Positions 40,826-51,100 of a DNA stretch of 64,000 nucleotides are shown here, piece after piece. The number at the start of each line of letters is the position of its first letter. The stretch's first letter is position 1. Source of the stretch: Tubiluchus corallicola (lineage: Eukaryota > Animalia > Priapulida); contig JAQGDQ010000017.1 in the NCBI GenBank assembly GCA_030141605.1, positions 992,001 through 1,056,000 on the forward strand. Direction: 5' to 3'. The notes under the pieces are model-generated. The model saw only the letters and a program-made list of their open reading frames with translations, was not told the DNA's origin and searched no databases. The translations under genes were made by a program, and so were the position numbers.

Positions 40826-41554
40826 TTCAGCATATGTCAGCTTCAAAATTCGAAGACATAGAGATTGCAAAAAACTAATGCTAGCCATTGCTAGGTAGAT
40901 CCAAAAATTTTTTGAATACAGACCTGGTTGACAATTCTTTCATTATTTTAAAGAGTAGATTGTTTTGACCTGCAGTTCAAGATTGTGTTCGGTTTTGGTT
41001 TAGTGAATGAATAAGTTATTCATAGCCAATTTAACAATCAGATGACAAACAACTATCCACTCAACCTACCAAGAAATGGATAGTTCAATAAAGCCATTCA
41101 ATAAATTAATCAGTTAACGAACTAACCAACTTATCGACCAGCTAATTAACAAACTACTACTACCAGTCAGCCAGACTGCATCTCAACCCGCTCTCTATAT
41201 TGAAATAATCAGCTAATAGCTAATAATAATTACACGGGAAAGAAGGAACCATTGGCAAAAATTCAGTATAAAGGACTTTACTTGTAAATCTTAAATCTTA
41301 AAAATCTTGAAAATGGAGGAGCGTTTACTGCAATTTAAATAATGTTCATTTTTAAACACATTTGAGTGGAGAACAATAACGATTTTTTTACTATTTCTGT
41401 TTATCGTGTTTTTCTGTTTTGCTTCCACCTTATGAAACCATTAGAAGACATACCAATTAAATGTAATCAGGCTGACTCTAACCTGTTAGTTAGACTGTGA
41501 GTTTCAACCGGAAAGATGAATTGTTTTTACGATTTGCAGGCTGCCGAATGAAAG

Positions 41555-44500
41555 ATGAAATGCAAAAAGCACTTCGAACTTTCAAAGTTTTTATTCAGTC
41601 ACTGCGAAGAGCTATGCTTTGGTACATCAAAGGTTTGTCATAACGTGCTTTTATATGATTCTAAGAGTAATTTAACTGTTCACAGTAATAATAACAAAAT
41701 CATTCAGTGATTTTTTTTTACAACGGTGTTTTTTCTTCTTCAGTGGCCATGCATCCATCCAGTCGTATTTCTCTTGTACAGGTTTGCAGCCATGGTTTAT
41801 TTCATAATCTGGATTTTCATGTCGACAAGACCATCTTACTTAGACAACTATCTTTATGAAGGTTTGCATTATGCTTTAGATGAAACACTATTTAAATTAT
41901 GCAAATAGAGTTCTACACGTAAAAATCAGAAGGATTCTCGTTAGACAAAAATGGTTGCCTCTAATGATGTGACATCATTTTGTTAGTTTGTTAGCTGGTT
42001 GGTTGTTAGCTGGCAGGTTGGTTGGTTGGTTGGTTTGTTGCTTTACTGGTTCGTATGTTGGTTGGCTGGCTGGTTGGTTGGTTTGATGGTTAATTGATTT
42101 TTGTGGGTTGTTGGTTTGTTTGGTTTGTTGGGTGGCTTGTTGATTGATGGGCGGATCATTTGTTCGGTTGGTTTTATTTGTCGGTCAACTTATTATGTCT
42201 ATACTGCGCTATTTTCCCATGTATTTGTCTCGCGCTGTTTTGAAGAGACACAATATTTCCGAAAAAAAATATGCGATTGTTAATGCTAATACTTCGTTTA
42301 ATTTCTCTTCCAGACTGGAGAATTGCAACCCGTTAGAGTTCAGCGATTTTATAGATTCGTGTAAGACAGTACTGGATATATCTAGTACGGCCCCATAAGT
42401 GTCTTTGGCCTGATAATCATGTGTTCATCGAGTTGTACCGATCTTACTGAATGTAACTTGATTTGAACTTAAAGCAAAACCGGACGATTGTGTAGACATT
42501 AGTTCAGAATAAAGAATGCTCTAAAATATTGAAAACTACAATAGCTTTTTTAAATCAAAGCTTATATTAAATAACAATTACCTCGGATACTCAAATTTCG
42601 TTAAACTTTCAAAGCTACGCGCGGATCAGTGAATCTACTAAGATTGGCAGCGGTGCCTTTTTGTCACATTCGCGCGGCAGACAAATAGAAGGCGGTACCG
42701 CGATAAGCTTGATCATGAACTGCAGTGTTAGTTTCTGACGTCATATGATGTAAAGCCCATTTTTCGTGAAATCATGCGTTTAAACAGTACTGTAACACTT
42801 ATGCGAATGTGCTTGGCGCGCAAGGGAAGACGCCTGCCATTGCACAATCTGTGGTTAGTTTTTGACGTAAGCAATAACTGTGTTCGGTTGCCGTTAATTA
42901 ACTTTCTAAGCTGATTATTCAAATGCAAGAAACAATTGTTAACTTTTTATGGGCAAGAAATTGTATATTTTGGACAGTAAATTAAAATGAGATTGGGTCT
43001 AAACAATGGTCCGGTCTTCCTTTAAAAGAACTAAAACTAAACTGAACTGAACTGAACTAAACTAAACTATGCTAAATAAAACCTATGACGGTTTTTCAGA
43101 TGAAAGATGGAAGTGGCCTATCTACTTGACGAATATTTCTTTCCTTATTCTCAACATAGACACCGTCATAGCTGCCGCTGTCGCCTTTGCACTTTACCGC
43201 AAAAAGAAAAAAGGTATTGCTACGCCTCTTAAAGCGGTTATATTTTTGGAAAGAACTCTTTATAAATTCGTTCCATATTTTATTTGTAAGTACAATAGAT
43301 CGATAAACAGTTGACAAGAGTCAATGTGACTCTTGTCCTATTGACAACTGGTGTAAATGGAAAAAATTATTGAAGAACAATAGCCTGATATTCAAGCAAA
43401 TTAAACTTTTGCAATTTATAATTTTGTTAGCTGACTTGACAGACGAAGTGGAAAACACTGGCAACAATTTGGTGTGGTATGTGAAGATTCACTGGATTTC
43501 TCACAACATTACGGCTAATTTGGCTTTATTCGTTACCTTAAGTAAGCTGCTACTTTCTACTTTTCACTACTTTTTAACTAATTAATTTTACGTTTTCCTT
43601 ACGGTGTGACCGCTGGTAATTGTAACGTTAAACTAAAAATGCTATAATAAGCGAATGGAGAAATTTTATATCAGTGATGAAGTAGTTTGTTCATTGTTTG
43701 GGTGGCTTTTCAATTCGTTTGTTTCTTTGTTTGTTTAGCTACTTTGTTATTTATTTGTTTGTTTGGTTTGTTTGTTTAGTTGCTTTGTTATTTATTTGTT
43801 TGTTTGGTTTGTTTGGTTGATTGGTATAATGGTTGGTTGGTCGGGCGGTCGGTTAGTCGGTTGGTTGGTGGTTGGTTGGTTGGTTGGTTGGTTTGGTTGG
43901 TTGGTTGGTTATTTAATTTACCGATTGATTTCTTGGTTCAATTGGTTGACTGATGGATGGATTGGTTGATTGATTGGCACACATTGATGCATTTCATTGT
44001 AAGAAATTTGTTTTTTTGGCATGCTATTTTGTAATAATTGTTTCGTATCACTGAATGTACATTGCTTTTTGTGAGAAATAAATCTAGTGTAATCTAATCT
44101 AATCTAATCTAATCTAATCTAATCTAATCTAATCTAATCTAATCTAATCTAATCTAATCTAATCTAATCTAATCTAATCTAATCTAATCTAATCTAATCT
44201 AATCTAATCTAATCTAATCTAATCTAATCTAATCTAATCTAATCTAATCTAATCTAATCTAATCTAATCTAATCTAATCTAATCTAATCTAATCTAATCT
44301 AATCTAATCTAATCTGATCTAATCTAATCTAATCTAGCCTGCTTCTTTTTCCCTTTCTTTTAATTTCTCAATTGTTTTTTGGTTGCTCTTTGTTTGTTTG
44401 TTCATTTATATAATTATATAACTCGTAATTAAACCTAAATTATAAATTTTCTAGCTTACTGGATGGTCATTTTCGATGGTGACGGTACTGATGCTGTTGA

Positions 44501-44912
44501 CATCAACACGCACGCTGTGCAGTCACTCTACATCATCACTGACATAATGATCATCGCCATGCCTATTCGTCTTCAGCACTTCTGGTTGTCCAGCGTGGCT
44601 CTTCTTGCTTACGCGATATTTACTATTATTTATTGGGTAGCCGGAGGAACTGGGGGCTTGGATGCTCAATACATTTATACTATACTGGAATGGGGTAACC
44701 ATCCGGGAAGCGTGACGTTGATGTGTCTCCTTTTTGTAGGCGTCGCGGCTCCTCTTTTGCAGTTGATGCTATTCGTACTTGCTTTTCTGCGAGACTGGCT
44801 TCACAGTAAATTCTGTGGAAAAAGCTGGTCAATTAAAGGAGAAGCCAAAAATGACGTCACTATCGAATCAGGAATTGTCAACCAGGCTGTTGATCAACAT
44901 TCAATAAAGTAA
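41555..44912 (+). CDS. rost: Rolling stone-like membrane protein, paralog 4 (about 292 aa, 5 coding exons)
   Basis: Exons 41555-41632, 41744-41861, 43100-43213 (ERWKWPIYLTNI), 43431-43541 and 44455-44912 (DINTHA...YWVAGG). The first three exon sizes (78/118/114) match paralogs 3 and 5; 879 nt in frame. Confidence 0.87.
42469..43025 (+). mobile_element. TTAA-flanked MITE, related subfamily (copy F)
   Basis: TTAA-AGCAAAACCGGACGATTG ... CAATGGTCCGGTCTTCCT-TTAA; body only partly similar to the main family. Confidence 0.75.
44091..44335. repeat. (AATCT)n microsatellite, about 49 units
   Basis: Pentamer run following GAAATAAATC, in the last intron of paralog 4. Confidence 0.99.
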
Positions 44913-47419
44913 ATACTTTTTGATCTTTTAATGAATCGTTATTCTTGTTTAATTCATAAACAATTCTGACATTAATCATTTCTTTATCAATCTTTATTTC
45001 AAGATTATAATTAATGATGGAATAAACACACAATGGTCGAATTTTGAAGCCAAAATTTCGAATGAAATTAAATATAAAATATCGGAACACTTCCTGGATT
45101 TGAACCGTGATTTTTTGCTTACAACTGAAGGCGCTGCATTACATATTTATTGACTTTGGGGATAAGATTTTTGCATTAAGCAAAGTAAACAGAACTCTGC
45201 TTCAGTTAGCTAACTTTCTTTTGTAAAAATAGTTAAGTTAAATATTCAATGAAATTAATTTCTTTCCTTTGAAAGTTATTTGAATTCATGGGTGCAAAAG
45301 GTGATTTTTTTAAAAAATGAAAAAACAGCACTGTATATGTGTAAGCCTTTCACAATGAATGTAAACATCATTAAAAAGTCCGGAGAAGATTTGATAAAGG
45401 GACGAATGGTTATCTATTCATCTATTTCTGCTTTTTTACTTTTTTGTTCGTTTGCTTATTTCTTTCTTCTTTGGTTAGGTTTGTTCCTGTGATTTTTCAA
45501 TAAGTTGAAAACATTCCAAATGAATGCTTTTCATTACTAACACGTTCAGTTCCTCATTACATTAAGATCTTCGTTTACAAGTTAAACCAACGTGTACTAT
45601 TTTTGCACAGTTTTATCTTTTGTACATTTACACGGTGTCATACTGTAACATATTCGTAACAGAGCATGGATCAAAATTATTAAATTTGTTAAATATTGTA
45701 AAACTAACTATTTTATCAAAACAATCATTCATTGAACGATTTGGTTATTTTGTAATGTAAGTCATAAATCAACAATTTTTATCAATCACCGTCATCATCA
45801 GTCTGGACAGTCGTTTGCACCCACTAACAGCAAGCTGAATATAGTAACGGAGATCACTATAGTAACGGATCACGATAGCAACAGGTCACCATAGCAATGG
45901 ATCTCAATGGCAACGAAGCACCAGGGCAACACCCTGCTGAGAGGAACTTGAGACACTGCCTGCCCCCAGACACACACACCGGCTTTCACTACGCATTATA
46001 TCTCCGCACCTTATTCTTTGTCACTCTATTATATTAAATACACGAGTATTGTATCATATTACATGTTAATAAACATTTATATACGATCACTACGGCCTAT
46101 AACTATAAGAACGTTTAAGGACGTTTTTATTTAGGGGTGACATTGGTGTTTGGACACTTTTCGGTTACAGTAATTACACAATTGAAAAAAACATCTTACT
46201 GTAAATTAGCTTTTTATTTTTATCTATATAATACTATGTATATTGACTTTATCTAAAATAAATGAAATAAATAATAATTCGGTATCTTATAAACAACCTT
46301 GCACAATTTAACATTTTGACATTGGGACACAATACCGTCAGAGATTAAGAGCTATAGTGCGAGTGAATCACTTTATTCAGACAACAGGAAGGGAAACGGA
46401 AAATGATTAGGGTTATTGTATTTCTGCAGTTCCTTCGTCACGGTGCATTCTCAGTAACGGATGAATACATTAGCAACACGTCTGCCATAGGGCACAAGCT
46501 AGTAAATCTTACGTTCAATAGTGCACACTAACCGTAACACGGAAAATACAATCGCGAGTATAATATTTTTACTTAGAGCAAAGTATGCCACAACTGTAAC
46601 GTGCACGTAGCTCGCTATGGAAACGAGGTAAACATTTTTCTTAAATGCACAGGTAGGTTTACCTGTTATATTGATCAATGACGGATACTGTCAGCACTAA
46701 ATAATCTAGGCGTTCATTCATAACAGTATTTCATTCGTTCGCTCATACGGAAGCGTTCGGCTAGTAATTTCTAGTTTACTAAAAGCGGAACGTGACTTCA
46801 GCGAGTTAATATTTCTTGGCAAAAACGACTTCTAAGCATTTGTTGTAATATTTGTGCACATTGTTTACCTTACTTGGGTAGGAAATGCAGTCTTGTTTAC
46901 AAAGTGCTTTTTGCTGGAATGTCTATAGGGAGCAAAATGCTACACACAACTACCACGAGTACAAAGTAGTGTGAGCAGCCAGGGAGTGGGCATTTTAGCA
47001 GCGTGAATAAACAATTAACTGCTAAATTTTCGTCATGTAAGTCATTTATCTATTGTACATACTTTTATTTTCACATTTAATAATTTTGTGAAGTAATGAA
47101 TTTAATAACGCCTCATTTTTCCGCTTCGGCAGTTTTTTCTTCCAATAATTTAGCACATTGTAGATTCTGAGTTTTATTACAACCTATATAATAGTATTTG
47201 TTTATTATAAATAACAAATTGTAGAACATCTTGTAAATAACTATTTGTAAGCATTCTGCCAATGGACGCAATTCACATTGTAGGTTTATAAATGAAACTA
47301 AATCACTTTTTCCTGTTTTATTTTCCGCTATATACGATATATGAATCATCTATAACTGTTTACTCCTCTTAACCCAAAGGCGGCGGTGTGGTCTCTTTCT
47401 ATTTTCCTCATGACCCAAG

Positions 47420-47965
47420 ATTTTGATGTATAGGTGACAATGGGGAGACAGTTTCCCGGAGGAGCTCCAATTTTACATTGATAGATCCTTCCAGATCTTC
47501 TCTAGTTTTTTTTCACAACCGATTTCCCAAAACCCAAGAAAATAAACTGCTCTACAAACTCGAGCTGTTCTCTTTCTAGTGTATTTGCTCTATCTGCACT
47601 GTAGTCATCATGAATGTCTTACGTTAAAGTAGAGCCCTGCTTCGGCACTCTTCGTCTTAAGCCTTTTCAGGTTATCTTGTGATACTTCTTTTGAATTTGC
47701 CAGAAGCAGCATATCAAAGATTAGAGATCTTCATTCGGCCTAAGTTCACGATTCGCCACTCCACTCCTCCAGAATCTTACGTCCGGTCTTTTCAGTGCAG
47801 AGATTATACAGGGCTGGACTCAAAATCTTGTCTTACATCTTTCCCTGTCGATAAAGCATCTGTCTCTCCATAGTCAGTTTTGACAGTGGCGTGTTGATCT
47901 TGATACAGATTCCTCATCAGAATAACCGAGTGGCTCGGATTGGATTCCCGTCTCCTTCAATGGAT
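47420..47965 (-). mobile_element. Degraded RTE (BovB-like) LINE fragment
   Basis: Minus-strand pieces translate to ILMRNLYQDQHATVKTDYGETD, EAGLYFNV, LEFVEQFIFLG and KIWKD, with frameshifts. Confidence 0.65.
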
Positions 47966-48123
47966 TGCAGAGGGACTGTAAAGTACCTCCGTGAATTTTC
48001 CTCGACAAATTAAATTAAAATTAATTATTGTTGGTCTTGGAAGAACGGTGATATTGGAAATATTATCTCGCTAGAAGAATTAATCTTTTTGTTTGCAATT
48101 TTCAGCTGAGTTTCAATCAGAAA

Positions 48124-51100
48124 ATGAAATGTAAAGAACAATTCAAGCTTTCTGCGTTTGGATTCAGCCATACAGAAGAACAATGCTTTGGTGAATCAAA
48201 GGTACAATACATGTAGGAAGATAGTATAGAAATAAGTAGCATAGCAACTACTGAGTTACTATTTGCGTCATTCAATAGCCTTCTTCAGATAGCTACAGTA
48301 ATGCCAAGTTTAATTATTAGTTCACCCAAAAATATCTGTCAGGACACCATAGATATGTAATAATAACTGCTATATAGCTATATTTAAATTTCATCCTAAG
48401 AAACCTGCAAAAGTCTGAAAAATTTTGCACTCTACTAGGACTCGAACCCAAGACCTTCTGCTAATGAGTGATTGGAGATTCTTTGACTGTTGACCCTACT
48501 TAATTAGTACAAATGAAACAGGCTGAATTACGTGGCCAAATCGGTGCTTCTCAGAATCCAAGCTCACCCAGTCACGTTTCTACTGTCTTCAGTTTCTCTT
48601 CATTTTCAATTGTTACGTAATAATTTTCACTATATTCTACAATGCCAAGTCAGTTTGTGAAGCCAAATTTCTTTTTAACTGCTTTCTAATGAAGAAATTT
48701 TCATTTCGAATTTCCAATAGAAGATCAAACTTGTATTTGCCTTAATATCCAAAGGTGTTGTTAGGAGAACTAAAAGCGCCTTATCAAGATTCATTATATC
48801 AACTCGAAAATTCCGTTAGTCTTAATTCCTTCCCCATATTGCTCTCTTTGCAGAAAAAATATTTTATGCATGTTGACACTATATCAAATTGTTAAAAATC
48901 TTCTCCTAGTCAAATTTTCTCTCTCGCAGAGTCATTAGACTAGAATTGGGTTTCTCAGCCTTTCGGGAAGTTTATAGTTATAAAGTCATCTAAATTCCTT
49001 CTGTGCGGAGACGCTTGCGCTTCAAAATTAATGAACTAATCCTGTTAAACATCTTAAAATCTAACAAAAGGAAATTACAAATTTGTACTTTGTATCTTGT
49101 ATTTTCCTGAGCAGCTAGGATGGCAAATTATTTTGTGTTTTGCCCCCCCCCCCAAATACATAGACGTTTTTCTAAATTTACTGGGATATGATTCCCGGTT
49201 GTTTCTAATGTTATTAATCGTATTAGCCAAGTATATCAGAATACGTTTACGCGATTTAATATGTTTATATTTTCAGTGGCCATGTGTCCATCCTATAGCA
49301 TTTCTGGTGTATCGGGTCACAGTGATGGTTTATTTCATGATTTGGCTCTGTCTATCAGCAACACCGTCCTACCTGAGCAACTACACGTATCAGAGTATGT
49401 ATAGTTCGTTTGAGTGCTTAAAGGCGTCGTATTCTATGCTTTGGAAATCGGGTGTGAACATAAACAGGAGTAGCTCTTATGATGTAAACATTTTGACTCA
49501 AGCAACGGAATAACAAACTAAAAATCTTCAAAGAATTTTAAAGCAAAAGCGGACCAAATCTTAAACTGTAGGTCAGAACAACCCACTCTTTAAAGTATTG
49601 AAAGGAAACATACTATTTTTTTCAAAAATGACTTGCGTGACAGAATTATTACCGCGCAAACTCAATTTCGCGTTCGCGCTATTAGTTCATCGCTGTTGCA
49701 TGCATTTCGCCGTTCGCTAGTTAGACGGGCACTAGCGCCTGCATTTCGGAAACGCATTTCACGGAAAACAGGTGTTGTACCTCTCAGTTCATATGTGTTA
49801 GTTTGTGACGAACTTCAGAAACGCTTTTGCAGTATTAATCGTGTTAAAATTTATACTTTTTATCGTACTTGAAAATTGAGTAGTATAATCATCATGTTAC
49901 CTTTAAAGCATACAAACATATACAACTTGGCATGGTACTTACCTGTACCTATTTGAAATACTTATGTAATTGGAAAAGAAAATTCTTTATAATTTAAAAA
50001 CGTTCGCGCCAAAATTGGCACTGCATCGCTATCCCAGTGTGCACCACTGATTCACCAAAAACACGTTATTGTTCTTATTGACAGTATAAAGTGATTAAAA
50101 CTTTTGCTTAGTTAGCGAAGCGTGTGCTACAAATGCTCTAATTATTTTTTTAAAAGTTTACGCAATGTTATCTAAACTTGTTTCAAACGCTTACCGTCAA
50201 AATGGTTGCGTGTAACATTTATCCCCGGAGTTAAAATAACAAGTTTAATTAAAGCTTACCACTATTTCAGGCAAGCCCCGTATGCAATAAGACAGCATGT
50301 AAGTGATATAAAATGTTAAAACGAATTTTTAAGCTTTATTTGCGAAGAGTTTTTTCTTGTGCCTTAACAATGTTCATTTTTTTAAATTTGCTTTAAATTT
50401 TTTAAATTATTTTAAATAAACAATACATTAATTAAATGTAAATAAACTTGTGTGCATATTTTAAAAGTGGCTTCGTTTACATTTATTTTCTCTTTTAATT
50501 GCCAGCAACCTAGGTATTCTAATATTCCTGATATTTTCCTGAAACCAATTTATGCTAAAAGGAAACGTGATTCCTTCATCTATCCTTTTCCTAATTGCTC
50601 TCCCTCTGATTCTAAGAAAAGGCCTAATTATCTGCCATTTGGGAACAAGGCAAAATAACGCAAATTAAACTGTACTTTGTATTCATTTTCTATTCAAAGG
50701 CATGTAATTTTCTGTGTTCCGGCAACTGCAAAACTGAACTGCTCATATTTCAGATGAAAGGTGGAAATGGATCATATACCTGACAAACATTGCTTTCCTC
50801 ATGCTCAACGTTCACCTCGTCGTAGCTGTCGCTGTCGCCGTCATATTTTACCTCAAGAACCGAACAGGTTGTGAAAATATTGTATCCAAATTAAGTTCGG
50901 AAAATGCATTATCAAATTTCATCTTAATATTAGTATTGAGTGTACCTTCGTGTGCATCACTGAAATTCTTTTATATAAGTAGGTGCTGCCATCTAGGTGA
51001 CTCACCTGATTTTAGAAAAGACGATCTTTCAAACTGTAAACTAGTTTCACTGATCACCAACTAGCGTCACAAATAACGGAGAAATGTATAAAAGCGTTGT

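Larger units (their letters stand above)
39755..41257. repeat. Diverged inverted repeat, arms about 39755-39980 and 41045-41257
   Basis: Blocks CCAATGGTTC, GTGTAATTATTATTAGCT, TTTCAATATAGA.AGCGGG.TGAGATG, TAGCTGGTCGATAAGTT and TAGTTCGTTAACTGATTA occur in opposite orientations. Confidence 0.85.
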
